A stretch of 64,000 nucleotides of DNA from Candidatus Velesiimonas alkalicola (GCA_013626165.1 NDHX01000003.1:115-64114), one strand, 5' to 3'; positions 8,466-18,974 are shown, counted from the stretch's first letter. Translations and numbers: made by a program. The notes: generated by a model from the letters alone, not told the origin.

Positions 8466-8614
8466 CTTCCCTCCTGTTTATTCCATTATAACATTTATTT
8501 AAGATTTTACAAGAATTTTAAAATATAATATCAGGAACGGGAACGGACATCCCTGCCAGCCGACAAGTCCTGGTGCACTGGTGCTCTGGTGCTCTGGTGT
8601 TCTTGTGCCTTAGG

Positions 8615-8857
8615 TCACATATTGTCTTTGATATACTTTACCGCCTTCCCTATAACATTAAAATGCTGTTTGTCTACAGTTATAACCGGGTATGCCATCC
8701 TATAGGATGCATCATATCCCCTAAAACAGTACAGGGCAAGTGCATCTTCTGTTTCCATATCCATATATTTATATTCAAGTTTCATATTTTCTCCTATTAT
8801 TCTTTTTGCATCCTGACAGAGAGAACAACCCTGTTTCCCAAATATTTCTATTTGCAT
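8615..8857 (-). CDS. Glutaredoxin-like protein (NrdH-like, CxxC). Probable true start is the internal ATG.
   Basis: MQIEIFGKQGCSLCQDAKRII... A GGAGG Shine-Dalgarno sits 5 nt upstream of the internal ATG at 8857. The ORF track extends to 8920. The gene lies downstream of nrdD. Confidence 0.65.
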   Translation of the reverse strand: MQIEIFGKQGCSLCQDAKRIIGENMKLEYKYMDMETEDALALYCFRGYDASYRMAYPVITVDKQHFNVIGKAVKYIKDNM

Positions 8858-8950
8858 ACTGCCTCCTCTTTCAAACATTGAAAATGTGAGGTTGAAAGAT
8901 CGGGTGGATATGTTTTGCACAACTTCATTAACTTCTCAACTTCAATATCC

Positions 8951-11401
8951 TTAATTTGCAACTTTATAGTCTCCGCTGTGTCTGTCTTCAAGTTCTGCAA
9001 GCTTTGAAGGATTCCAGTTGTTAATCCTGCTATAATATCCTACTATCCTTGTTATAGAGTATATGTCCTTGCTTAAACAGTGGACGCAAGCGCTGTGTAT
9101 GCCCCTTATAACTTTGCCACAATTGTTACATATACTGAATTCAGGTGATATTGTAAGTTGGGCACAGGATGATTTATAGAATGTCTTTTCAACAAGGTTT
9201 AATATGGATTGTGCAGACGGCATCTGTTCTCCAACAAAGGCATGGATAATCGCTCCTGATTCAATAAGGTTGTGGAACTTTGACTGTTTTTCAATCCTTG
9301 TTACAATATCCACAGGTGCGTCTGCCCTGAGATGTATTGAGTTTGTATAATATATAGTGTCATTTTCAATACTTCCTCTTACGACCGATGCCGCACTTTC
9401 AGGGTATGTTTTAAGGTCAACCTTTGCGAGCCTTCTTGTTGCGCTTTCAGCTGGGCTTTCTTCAAGAGAAAATCTTAAACCTGTTTTTTCAGTTTGCTCT
9501 TGTATTTTTAGATACATTCTTGCCACTATTTTTAAACCTGTTAAGAATGCTAAATCCGATTGATGGAGCTCTTCACCCGTTATAAATTGGACGCATTCGT
9601 TAAGTCCGATAAGTCCTATTATATATGTGCATTTATCAAGATCCACATATGGCCTTCCGTCCTGTGCAGGTTTCCCAATCTGCCATAGTGGCATATGCGG
9701 ATCTTTCATAAGGGAGGCAATAAATTGTTTCTTCTGAAGGTGTGCTCGGACACATATTTCTATCATATGATCAATTTCCTTATAAAGTTGACTTAAATTG
9801 TTCTTCTGAGCTCTGTATGCTGCCTGAGGAAGGTTTACTGTTACATTCTGGAATCCACAGAATCTCATTGATTCCGGATGCTCTATCATAAACTTGTCAT
9901 TTATCTTTTGACGAAGCCTGCAGCACATAGAGAGAACAACCTGGCTTCCCCTGTCAAAAACGAAATATACTGAACCATTGGTACTGGCAACCTCCCCAGC
10001 TGCTTTGAAAAGTTCAAACTGTTTTGGGTCTTCAAATGTTTCTTCCGACACATGAAAATCTGCCTTTGGAAATGCAAATGGTCTACCTAACATATCCCCT
10101 TCTTTCCAGACATCAAGCATAGCCTTACAAAACTCCTGTGAGATTGTTTCATAATCTTTATATGTCTTACCCGTATATTTCCCGTCAGGACCTATTGCAG
10201 GGATATTTTTTAAGTACTCTGGCACTCCTGTATGGATATTAAAATCTATAAAAAGGCTCTGTCCTCCGCGACTGAATGCATTCTGACTTCCTGAAAATAT
10301 CAAATGTTGTGCCTCCTGTTTCATTTCCTTATAGGTCATACCTTCAAGATACGGAGCTAAAAGTATGTTCAAGTAACCTATGCCGAGTGCTCCGGCATAA
10401 TAGGCCTGCATTGATGCAAGAAATGTATTCAGGTGCCCTGTAAGTGTTCTTGCATGCTTTGCAGGGGCGCTTGATGTATCAAGATTACAGATATGGGTAA
10501 GTCCATATTTTTTGATGTATTCAAGTGAATGGCTGGAACAGTAAACCCTTGTCGGATAACCAAGGTCATGGATATGTATAGCACCCTTTAGGTGCGCATC
10601 TGCAATATCGGAGGAGAATATGGATTGCAGAGCGTATTGTTTAAGTGTGTTTTCGGCAATTGCAAGATTTATTGCTTCTGGATTGTTTGATGTTATATTT
10701 GAATTTTCTTTTGTTTTTGAAAATACAAGTTGTTCAAGGTCATATACAGGCATACCTATAACAGAGGTTTTTGATATTTTTTTTGTTAATCCTTTTTCAA
10801 AAAGTTCATTATCAACAAGCTCACGGATAAGAGAGGTGGATATAACTGTTAAGCCTGAATTGATAATTCTCTGTTCAACCTTTGATGCTATCTCCCAAGA
10901 AAGCCCTTCTTCTATCTGAGCCTCTTTTTGAAGTGCACCTGCAATCCTTGCTTTGTCCCATGAAAGAAGTTCATGCCTGCTTGAAGCAGTTACAAGAAGA
11001 GAAACATCAGTTGAAGAAGTCTTTCCCCTCACATAGTGTCTTACCCTCATCTGTTCTCTTGTCTGTTGTCTTTTTTTTCTATAAATAATATATGCCTTTG
11101 CTGTTTTTGCATGACCTGTTTCAATAAGAACCTTCTCAACTATATCTTGTATCTGTTCTATCTCAGGGATATTTTTTTGAAATCTATTTTTTAAGTATAA
11201 TGTTACCGCATTGGCAATCTCCTCAGCCATCAAACGATCCTCACCGCCTACAGCCTTTGCAGCCTTGAATATGGCATCCGCTATCTTTGACCTATCAAAA
11301 GTAACAAGCCGCCCGTCTCTTTTTCTTACCTGTGTGAAATATTTAGCGGATGTAGTTGTTTGTTTTTCTTCTTTTTCTTTCAGAATTGTTTGTGCGGTCA
11401 T
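8951..11401 (-). CDS. nrdD: Anaerobic ribonucleoside-triphosphate reductase (class III)
   Basis: 816 aa. N-terminal ATP-cone (VTFDRSKIADAI). C-terminal Zn-ribbon CNNCGK...CVHC and glycine-radical motif TRIVGYYSR. Confidence 0.85.
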   Translation of the reverse strand: MTAQTILKEKEEKQTTTSAKYFTQVRKRDGRLVTFDRSKIADAIFKAAKAVGGEDRLMAEEIANAVTLYLKNRFQKNIPEIEQIQDIVEKVLIETGHAKTAKAYIIYRKKRQQTREQMRVRHYVRGKTSSTDVSLLVTASSRHELLSWDKARIAGALQKEAQIEEGLSWEIASKVEQRIINSGLTVISTSLIRELVDNELFEKGLTKKISKTSVIGMPVYDLEQLVFSKTKENSNITSNNPEAINLAIAENTLKQYALQSIFSSDIADAHLKGAIHIHDLGYPTRVYCSSHSLEYIKKYGLTHICNLDTSSAPAKHARTLTGHLNTFLASMQAYYAGALGIGYLNILLAPYLEGMTYKEMKQEAQHLIFSGSQNAFSRGGQSLFIDFNIHTGVPEYLKNIPAIGPDGKYTGKTYKDYETISQEFCKAMLDVWKEGDMLGRPFAFPKADFHVSEETFEDPKQFELFKAAGEVASTNGSVYFVFDRGSQVVLSMCCRLRQKINDKFMIEHPESMRFCGFQNVTVNLPQAAYRAQKNNLSQLYKEIDHMIEICVRAHLQKKQFIASLMKDPHMPLWQIGKPAQDGRPYVDLDKCTYIIGLIGLNECVQFITGEELHQSDLAFLTGLKIVARMYLKIQEQTEKTGLRFSLEESPAESATRRLAKVDLKTYPESAASVVRGSIENDTIYYTNSIHLRADAPVDIVTRIEKQSKFHNLIESGAIIHAFVGEQMPSAQSILNLVEKTFYKSSCAQLTISPEFSICNNCGKVIRGIHSACVHCLSKDIYSITRIVGYYSRINNWNPSKLAELEDRHSGDYKVAN

Positions 11402-11868
11402 ATTTTTCCTCCTTTTGTTTTCTTAATAAAGTCTTTTGTTTCGGTTATAAACTGGGTTGCATCTCTGAACTGTCTGTACACGGATGCAAACCTTACATAT
11501 GCTACCTCATCAAGGGTGTGCAATTTTTTCATAAGAAATTCGCCTATCTTTTTTGTATTTACCTCTTTTCCATTTTTTCTTTGCAATTTTCTTTCTAACC
11601 TATCAACTATCTGTGTAATCTTATCAGTGCTTATGGGCCTTTTTTCACAGGCTTTTATCAGCCCTGCAATTGTTTTGTTTCTGTTAAATGGCTCTCTTCT
11701 TCCATCTTTTTTTATTACCATAAGAGGAATGTTTTCTATTTGTTCATATGTTGTAAATCTTTTTTCACATTTAAGACATTCCCTTCGTCTTCTTATAGAT
11801 TCACCGTCCTGACTTGTTCTTGAATCTATTACCCTGTCTTCTATACTATTGCAAAAAGGACATTTCAT
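11398..11868 (-). CDS. nrdR: Transcriptional repressor NrdR (start at the internal MKCPFC)
   Basis: MKCPFCNSIEDRVIDSRTSQDGESIRRRRECLKCEKRFTTYE (Zn-ribbon plus ATP-cone). Stop overlaps the nrdD start. The ORF track has a 26-aa N-terminal extension to 11946. Confidence 0.8.
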   Translation of the reverse strand: MKCPFCNSIEDRVIDSRTSQDGESIRRRRECLKCEKRFTTYEQIENIPLMVIKKDGRREPFNRNKTIAGLIKACEKRPISTDKITQIVDRLERKLQRKNGKEVNTKKIGEFLMKKLHTLDEVAYVRFASVYRQFRDATQFITETKDFIKKTKGGKI

Positions 11869-11892
11869 ATTATACCCCAATTGAGCCCAAAA

Positions 11893-11939
11893 ACACAATG
11901 TATTGTGTATGCAACCAGTATATACACAATATATTGCGC
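11893..11939. promoter_or_regulatory. Two NrdR boxes (16-bp palindromes) spaced 31 bp apart, upstream of nrdR-nrdD
   Basis: acacaatgtattgtgt (11893-11908) and acacaatatattgcgc (11924-11939) match the NrdR box consensus acaCwAtATaTwGtgt. Confidence 0.7.
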
Positions 11940-12020
11940 TTGTCAAGAGCCTAAAATCAGGCTAAATTTGGGGTAAAAACCTGAAAATACGAAAAGGATA
12001 CATTAAAATCTCTTTTTTTC

Positions 12021-13739
12021 TTAAATTTTCCTTGACAATAATAATTTTGCCTGTGTTTCTCCTCCATTTATAAGATAAAGAAGAGGAACTGGTCTGTCCA
12101 CACCTTCTATATAGCAGGGCCTTGAACTCCATGGAGTTACAGAAAGCACATTTGCAAGATCCGTCCAGTATTGTAACCTTGACGGTTCAAGTCCCCATAT
12201 CATATGAAAATGGTTCGCAGGCACATACTGTTTATATTCACCCATTGTTGCATATTTAGGAACAACAAATGTATGTGGCCATGTCAGTGTAGATGTCTTA
12301 CATACAGCATCTGATAGTTTGTCTGGAAGTTCTACCGTTTCTGCTTCGTCCCACACAAGTGAGAACATATTATTTACGGCACTATATGCCATTCTTCCCG
12401 CAATTCCTTTTATTCCCCCTGGTGATACAAATGTTATAGAATTTCCAAGCCCGGGGAAATATCCCTCATCTGCAATCGGAAAAGATACTTTTGACATAAT
12501 CTCTTTTACAGAAGCACCCGGCTTTGCCGCCCAGTTGAAAGAGGCGCTTCCTGAATTATCCCCATCAACAAATCCTCTTTTTTCCCATATATTTTTACCA
12601 TTAAGTTTTATACCCAGTTCTGTGGCAAGTTTTTTTATTTCCCAGGGTTCCCATACTTTCCTAAAATCCATAAAAAGAGGCGGATTTCCTCCTGTAAGAT
12701 ATGTAAAAAATAACATTGTAAGAAGTCCCTGAACATCAGCCTCTGTTGCATATGGAGTGGGCGGCTTCTTACCCTGATGGTCAAATGTAGAATTAAAAAG
12801 CGATTCCATAACATCTGCAACGGGAAGAGGTATCCCCCTTTTATCAGAACCCCATTCCAACTGACTCATAAAACCTCCTCCTACTGCATTAAGGTCTTTC
12901 ATAATATCCCTGGTTATAAGGTACATTGCAAGAGACTTATCAAATCTTTCATCGTCTTCACTGTTTCTTACCTGAATTTTAGTCCTGACAATCTTATCAA
13001 GCCAACCTCTTAAATCCTTTAACTCTTTTTCATTGTATGCCTTTTTTGCAAGCATATCGGCAAGAATCTTCATATCAAGCCGGGTAATTTCAATGCCAAA
13101 TATATTTCTTGTCGGAATTATATGGGCAAGTGCGGTTTCCATTCCCATTGAATCATGCCCAAACACAACGACCCTTCTTCCCTGCAAAGCCTTATATGCA
13201 ACAGCAGCATAACACCAATCTATAAGTGGTCTTGCTGTTGATTCGGTCATTTTTGGATCTATGCCAGTATCGGGCCAGGTTCCGACATTGATGTGCATCA
13301 TCTTCCCATACTGTGCAACCGCACCACTGCATGCATGAACATATACAACACCCGGCTTTGGACCGCTATTGCCGCAAACAAGGTTAAGGGGGGTATCCTT
13401 GGAGAATTGCTGGATAAGTGAGATAAGTGTAGGTTGGGGGAATGCCCATGTATCCGGTGCTCCTACAAGTATATTTACTCCTGCTGATTCAAACTGCCTT
13501 GCAACAATATCAGCCTGTTTTTCTCCATCAATTAATACATCGCTATAAACAACCATTACAGGTGAACCATCTGTAATCTTTACGCCTTCTGCAATAACAT
13601 CTGCTACCATCTGTATTATATTTGCAGCCCTTTTTCTTGAAGTCTTATCAATCCTCGGGTCACAGGGAGCAAACACACCTATAACAGGCTCTTTTATGGG
13701 TTTTAACCCTGATGTAGAAATTTTTATCGCTTTCTCCAT
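12021..13739 (-). CDS. L-fucose/D-arabinose isomerase family protein (FucI-like)
   Basis: 572 aa. Segments resembling E. coli FucI: GGGFMSQLEWGSD, LFMDFRKVWEPWE, TWPHTFVVP...ANHFHMIWG. Confidence 0.6.
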   Translation of the reverse strand: MEKAIKISTSGLKPIKEPVIGVFAPCDPRIDKTSRKRAANIIQMVADVIAEGVKITDGSPVMVVYSDVLIDGEKQADIVARQFESAGVNILVGAPDTWAFPQPTLISLIQQFSKDTPLNLVCGNSGPKPGVVYVHACSGAVAQYGKMMHINVGTWPDTGIDPKMTESTARPLIDWCYAAVAYKALQGRRVVVFGHDSMGMETALAHIIPTRNIFGIEITRLDMKILADMLAKKAYNEKELKDLRGWLDKIVRTKIQVRNSEDDERFDKSLAMYLITRDIMKDLNAVGGGFMSQLEWGSDKRGIPLPVADVMESLFNSTFDHQGKKPPTPYATEADVQGLLTMLFFTYLTGGNPPLFMDFRKVWEPWEIKKLATELGIKLNGKNIWEKRGFVDGDNSGSASFNWAAKPGASVKEIMSKVSFPIADEGYFPGLGNSITFVSPGGIKGIAGRMAYSAVNNMFSLVWDEAETVELPDKLSDAVCKTSTLTWPHTFVVPKYATMGEYKQYVPANHFHMIWGLEPSRLQYWTDLANVLSVTPWSSRPCYIEGVDRPVPLLYLINGGETQAKLLLSRKI

Positions 13740-13779
13740 ACTTCCTCCATTCCAATATTATCTGACTACAATATATGTT

Positions 13780-14694
13780 TTACAATCCTGATTCTTCTAA
13801 TACATCAGGAACATATTTTTCCCACCCCAAAGGCATAATATGAATTCCCTGACATATATTTTTCATACCCTTAATAAGTTCAGCGGCAATCTTTATACTT
13901 GTTTTTACCCTATCTTCCTTTTTTGCTTCAGCCATCATTTTTATATATTTTTCCGGGACATTGATACCTGCAACCTTTTCGTTCATATACTTTGCCATCC
14001 CTGCTGATTTTAACAGAACAATTCCGCCAAGAATCGGAACCTTATATTTTTCTACAATTTTCATAAACCTCTCAAAGGCATTCAAATTATAGACTGCCTG
14101 TGTCTGAAAAAATCTTGCTCCTGCCATAATTTTTTTCTCCATTTTCATAATCTGCGGTTCAAGTGGATCAGAGGATGGACTTACAATTGCCCCAAGAAAA
14201 AATTTAGGGATTCCATCAAGCTCGTTTCCTTTCATATCTTTTCCATTCATCAAATCAGTCGCAACCTTCAATAAACTTATAGAATCTAAATCAAAAACCG
14301 GTTTCGCCTCAGGATGGTCCCCCAGAACAGGATGATCTCCTGTCAAAATAAGAATATTTCTTATTCCAAGGGCATGGGCGCTTAACAGATCCGATTGTAA
14401 AGCCAAACGGTTCCTATCCCTGCAGGTTGCTTGAAAAATCGGTTCAAGCCCTTTTTGAACAAGAAGGCAGGACACAGCAAGGGAGCCTAAACGCATCACA
14501 GAACTTTGTAAATCGGTAACATTGAAAGCATCAATCTTGTTCTTTATATGTTCTGCCTCTTTGATATGCAGTTCAATGTTTGTTCCTTTCGGAGGACCAA
14601 TCTCAGAAGTTATTACAAATTCCCCACGGGTAAGTTTTTTTGCAAAACTCATTCCCCCTCCATTTTCAACAAGGACACGCCAACAAATTCTCAC
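13780..14694 (-). CDS. metF: Methylenetetrahydrofolate reductase
   Basis: 304 aa MTHFR fold. ATGA overlap with the upstream metV stop. Confidence 0.8.
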   Translation of the reverse strand: MRICWRVLVENGGGMSFAKKLTRGEFVITSEIGPPKGTNIELHIKEAEHIKNKIDAFNVTDLQSSVMRLGSLAVSCLLVQKGLEPIFQATCRDRNRLALQSDLLSAHALGIRNILILTGDHPVLGDHPEAKPVFDLDSISLLKVATDLMNGKDMKGNELDGIPKFFLGAIVSPSSDPLEPQIMKMEKKIMAGARFFQTQAVYNLNAFERFMKIVEKYKVPILGGIVLLKSAGMAKYMNEKVAGINVPEKYIKMMAEAKKEDRVKTSIKIAAELIKGMKNICQGIHIMPLGWEKYVPDVLEESGL

Positions 14695-15326
14695 TTGCCT
14701 GTTATATATCTCTGATAATTTCTTATTTTACACTCTGTTGCAATTTCTATTGCTCTTTTCTGTTCTTTTAGTCTGTTATAAATTCTCACCCATCCACATT
14801 CCATCTGTGGATTTACCTCGCATTTCCCATTTTTGTATCCGCCACAGGGACCGTTTAATAAATATTTTGCACAGGCAGTTATGGGACATATACCCCCTGT
14901 ACTGTTAAGATAACATTCACCACACTGCCTACAATCAGAAGGTTGAATATCTAACCCCTGAAATCCATTTACATAAGAGGTATCGCAACCGGTAAAAACA
15001 TACCTTTCTTCTTCACCTAACAATAAGATTTGTGATATTATTTTTGAGATAACCCCAACACCTACGCCACAGGAAAAAACAAGGATTGATTTTGAATTTT
15101 CTATATCGTTTTTATATTTTTCCATATATTCTTTTGAAAAATCCTCATTGCATAAATAATCAAGACGAACAATTCCTGATATTCTCTCCCGGTTTTCAGA
15201 TAAAAACTCATTAATCTCTTCTTCCGGGAAATATACTTCTTTACATCCATAACATTTAATAACAAAAGGGGTTAAGGCAACCAACAGGTCAATATCTTCT
15301 TTCTTCTTAATTTTTGTTATAAGCAT
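14691..15326 (-). CDS. metV: MetV (methylene-THF reductase C-terminal-domain zinc-ribbon protein)
   Basis: 211 aa. Cys cluster CRQCGECYLNSTGGICPITACAKYLLNGPCGGYKNGKCEVNP. Confidence 0.7.
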   Translation of the reverse strand: MLITKIKKKEDIDLLVALTPFVIKCYGCKEVYFPEEEINEFLSENRERISGIVRLDYLCNEDFSKEYMEKYKNDIENSKSILVFSCGVGVGVISKIISQILLLGEEERYVFTGCDTSYVNGFQGLDIQPSDCRQCGECYLNSTGGICPITACAKYLLNGPCGGYKNGKCEVNPQMECGWVRIYNRLKEQKRAIEIATECKIRNYQRYITGK

Positions 15327-17305
15327 TTTCCCTTTGCTCTCTTTATAAAACTCAATATATCTATTTTAGATGAACATATATAATTACAGGAACCGCATTC
15401 AATACAGTTTTTGACCCTATAATTTTTAGTTTCCTCCCACATCTGCCTTTCTCCATAATAAACATAATTCAAGGGCAAAAGTTCAACAGGGCACACAGAA
15501 ACACATCTTCCACATTTAATACATTCTCTTTCTTCTTTTGATTCAACAGGATATTTTTTTAAAATTGTAAAACCGCCTGTTCCTTTAATAACGGCTGAAT
15601 CAAGATTCTTTTGAAGAATACCCATCATTGGACCACCCATAAATATATTATATTCTTCAAAGATATTCTTATTATGCATACCAAGATAAAAATCAAGAAT
15701 ATTTTTTAATGGAGTTCCTATCTTAACAATAAAATTCCCGTCTTTACCAACACCGTCTCCTGAAACTGTTATAACTCTGTCTATTAATGGTATCCCTTCA
15801 AATATTGCCTTGTATATCGCAAGGGCTGTTCCAACATTTATAACAATAGAACCAACCTCTATTGGAAGACCGCCTTCTGGAACATTTTTCCCTGTCAACC
15901 GCTTAATTAACATCTTTTCCGCTCCCTGAGGATACTTTGTCCTTAATGACAAAACAGTTATATCAGAAGAAGAATATTTCTGTAATATCTCTATTGCTTC
16001 TTTCTTGTTATCCTCTATTCCAATGATTGTATTTTTAGGATTTGCAATCTTTTGAAGAACTTTTATGCCCTTTAATATTTTTTCAGGGTACTCTATCATT
16101 ATCCTGTTATCTGTATTAAGATATGGTTCGCATTCACATCCATTAACAATTAATGTTTCAATTGATTTTTTTGAAACCTCAAAAAGAAACTTAACATATG
16201 TGGGAAACATTGCCCCACCAAGCCCGACGATTCCTTTTTCCTTTAATATCTCTATAATGTTTTCTTTTGATAAACCTTCAAAATCAACCGGTTTTATTGA
16301 TTCATCCATAGTATTCTTCCCGTTATTTTCTATAATAATTGCTGGAATTGGTTTTTGTAATGTTGGATGTATTTTTTCTTCAATTTTTACAACCCTTCCG
16401 CTTATACTTGAATGTATTGTAGATGATATCACACCTGTGCTTTCTGCTATCTTCTGACCCATCTTTACTGTATCGCCTTCTTTTACTATCGGTTTTGATA
16501 AAGAACCCGTATGTTGAGAAATAAATATTAATACATATGGGGGCTCTGGAAAATTTAGTATTCTTGCCCTGCTTGTGTTTTCTTTTGAATCCAATGGATG
16601 GACTCCTCCATAAAAACCTTCCTGCCTTTTGCTTAAAGATATTTCGGAATATTTCTTTTTTTCATCAAAATTAAATCTGTTAAAATCTCTTACCTGTATT
16701 TCAGAACAAAATAATTTATTCTGTTTTTTTAGTCTGTTATAAATGTCTTCCCAGGCGCAAGGTATATCGGGGTTAACCTCGCATTTTCCGTTTTTTACAC
16801 CACCACAGGGACCGTTCAAAAGAGACTTAGAACAATTGACTATAGGGCATATCCCTCCTGTTAAATTTAAGTAGCATTGAGAACAGGCAGCACATTTTTC
16901 TTTACTCAGCGATACTCCGTGAAACCCCTCAGGACTTGTTGAATTTCCACTTTGTGGTATTGAATCGCAAAGGGCAAAAATCCTTTTATCAGGGAATTTC
17001 TCAGAAACAAATTGCACCCCAAGTCCGCAGGCTATAATTCCTATTGAATCAAAACTATTTACACCCAACTCAATAAGTTTTTCCGCTGTATGATGATTAT
17101 TACAAAGAAAATCAATACCTGTCCATCCTTTTATTTTGGAGTTCTCCTCTCCCAATATTTCATTTAATCTTTCGCATTCAGGCTCAATATCTGTTTTATA
17201 TTTTTTATAGCACTTTTTACACCAGAGATTAAATATAGAATTTATTTCTCTAAAAATATTTTTTATTTCATCGTCCGGTTTTAAACCATATTTTGTATAA
17301 TCCAT
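15317..17305 (-). CDS. MetV-like domain fused to an RnfC-like NADH-binding/4Fe-4S module
   Basis: 662 aa. N-terminal half is paralogous to metV (CAACSQCYLNLTGGICPIVNCSKSLLNGPCGGVKNGKCEVNP). C-terminal half has RnfC hallmarks (GDTVKMGQKIAES, GLGGAMFPTYVKF, LIVNGCECEPYLNTD, CIKCGRCVSVCP, CIECGSCNYIC). Confidence 0.7.
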   Translation of the reverse strand: MDYTKYGLKPDDEIKNIFREINSIFNLWCKKCYKKYKTDIEPECERLNEILGEENSKIKGWTGIDFLCNNHHTAEKLIELGVNSFDSIGIIACGLGVQFVSEKFPDKRIFALCDSIPQSGNSTSPEGFHGVSLSKEKCAACSQCYLNLTGGICPIVNCSKSLLNGPCGGVKNGKCEVNPDIPCAWEDIYNRLKKQNKLFCSEIQVRDFNRFNFDEKKKYSEISLSKRQEGFYGGVHPLDSKENTSRARILNFPEPPYVLIFISQHTGSLSKPIVKEGDTVKMGQKIAESTGVISSTIHSSISGRVVKIEEKIHPTLQKPIPAIIIENNGKNTMDESIKPVDFEGLSKENIIEILKEKGIVGLGGAMFPTYVKFLFEVSKKSIETLIVNGCECEPYLNTDNRIMIEYPEKILKGIKVLQKIANPKNTIIGIEDNKKEAIEILQKYSSSDITVLSLRTKYPQGAEKMLIKRLTGKNVPEGGLPIEVGSIVINVGTALAIYKAIFEGIPLIDRVITVSGDGVGKDGNFIVKIGTPLKNILDFYLGMHNKNIFEEYNIFMGGPMMGILQKNLDSAVIKGTGGFTILKKYPVESKEERECIKCGRCVSVCPVELLPLNYVYYGERQMWEETKNYRVKNCIECGSCNYICSSKIDILSFIKRAKGKCL

Positions 17306-17307
17306 AG

Positions 17308-18309
17308 TTAGATTCCTGCCTGCATTTTGGTTGTCTGAACAATATTTTTAAGAAGAATTGCAACAGTCATAGGTCCTACGCCTCCTGGGACGGGTGTAAT
17401 CCAGGAGCATTTCTCTTTTGCTTTTTCAAAATCCACATCACCGACTGTTTTCATTTTCGGTTTGCCCTTTTCATTTAATAAAGGATTGCCATTGTGGTCA
17501 AAACCTTCAGGGATTCTGTTTATGGCAATGTCTATGACGGTGCTTCCTTCTTTTATCATACCTGCTTTGATAAGAGCAGATAAATCCGGGACTTTCGGTA
17601 TGGGAAGTGTTTTGTCCTGGCTATATTTCTTCAGTTCCGAATTGTATTTTAACCACACTGCCTGTGATCTACCTGCTGCTGAAAATATAATATCTGCTCT
17701 TTTTGTATGAAAGGCAAGGTCTTTTGTTGCAATATGACAGACTGTAACTGTCGGAGATTCTGTTATTGACTGAAGAAGAAGCATTGCAACCGGCTTTCCC
17801 ACAATCTCACTGTGTCCTACAATAACTGCTTCTAGTCCTTTTAATCTTACACCTGTTGATTTAAGAAGTTCTACTGCACCAAGTGCGGTGCAGGGCCCGA
17901 TTATATTTGTTGCAGATACAAGACGCCCCATATTTGAAGGATGAAGCCCTTCAACATCTTTTTCAGGAGATATTGATACCTGAATCTTTCTTGCATCAAT
18001 GCCCTGGGGCAGAGGCATCTGAAGTATTATACCGGTTATATTCTTATTACTATTTAGTTTCTTAATCTCAGAAAGTATATTTTCTTCTGTTTCTGTGTCC
18101 GACATCTGGTCAAGTGTATACAATATACCCATCTGCTCACAGGTTTTCTGTTGTTGTCCCACATATATTTTTGAGGCTGGATTTTCACCCAATTGAACAG
18201 CAACAAGATAAGGCACTTTGCCTTTTGATTTTAATTCTGATATTTCTTTTTTTAATTTCTCTTTTATTCTGCCTGCAAGGACCTCACCATCAAGTATTTT
18301 TGCTGACAC
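17308..18309 (-). CDS. folD: Bifunctional methylene-THF dehydrogenase/methenyl-THF cyclohydrolase (with C-terminal extension)
   Basis: 333 aa. N-terminal MSAKILDGEVLAGRIKEKLKKEI...YLVAVQLGENPASKIYV. Confidence 0.85.
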   Translation of the reverse strand: MSAKILDGEVLAGRIKEKLKKEISELKSKGKVPYLVAVQLGENPASKIYVGQQQKTCEQMGILYTLDQMSDTETEENILSEIKKLNSNKNITGIILQMPLPQGIDARKIQVSISPEKDVEGLHPSNMGRLVSATNIIGPCTALGAVELLKSTGVRLKGLEAVIVGHSEIVGKPVAMLLLQSITESPTVTVCHIATKDLAFHTKRADIIFSAAGRSQAVWLKYNSELKKYSQDKTLPIPKVPDLSALIKAGMIKEGSTVIDIAINRIPEGFDHNGNPLLNEKGKPKMKTVGDVDFEKAKEKCSWITPVPGGVGPMTVAILLKNIVQTTKMQAGI

Positions 18310-18971
18310 TATTTTCCTCCATTTTTCCTGTTAGCGGTCATCTTATTTTTTACTATATCAAGCGTATTTTTACTTGTTTTTTCTATCTCTTTTGTGATAA
18401 CTTCAAGTTCATTTTTTGCACACTGGATAAACACCTCATCTTTTATTGAAGACAAATTTATCTGGACATTAAGCACAGCTGATCTGTATGCAGACTCAAG
18501 CAACAATACTCCTACACCGACATCGCTTATCAGATTTTTATTACATTTTTGTGCAAGCTCTTCACACATTTTTATAGACCGAAAACAGGTCTTACATATT
18601 TCAAAAGGAACGCTTGTTGCAGATTTTAGTGCATCCTGTATCTTTTCATATCTGTTTGGGTCCTTTTTTGGTATTTTCCAAGCCTGTCTTATTTTTTTAT
18701 ACACCAATACATCTTCATCCACAAGTTCCATAAGTTTTTTTCTACAAGATTCTGTTATATTTAAGAAAAGTTTAATATCTTCTTCTACATCTTTATATTT
18801 TTCTTTACCAAGGGTAAGGTTTGCAGACATAGAAAGACAGGCGCAACCTATTGCACCTGTAAGTGCAGAAGCACTCCCTCCTCCCGGTGCAGGAAGGTTT
18901 GAGGCAAGGTCGTTTAAGTAGACTTCAAAAGATTTATAATATTTAGTGTTTATTTCTTCTTTAGGTACCAT
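18309..18971 (-). CDS. fchA: Cyclodeaminase/cyclohydrolase family protein (FTCD C-terminal-like, FchA-like)
   Basis: 220 aa. LPAPGGGSASALTGAIGCACLSMSANLTLGKEKY. Confidence 0.7.
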   Translation of the reverse strand: MVPKEEINTKYYKSFEVYLNDLASNLPAPGGGSASALTGAIGCACLSMSANLTLGKEKYKDVEEDIKLFLNITESCRKKLMELVDEDVLVYKKIRQAWKIPKKDPNRYEKIQDALKSATSVPFEICKTCFRSIKMCEELAQKCNKNLISDVGVGVLLLESAYRSAVLNVQINLSSIKDEVFIQCAKNELEVITKEIEKTSKNTLDIVKNKMTANRKNGGK

Positions 18972-18974
18972 TTT

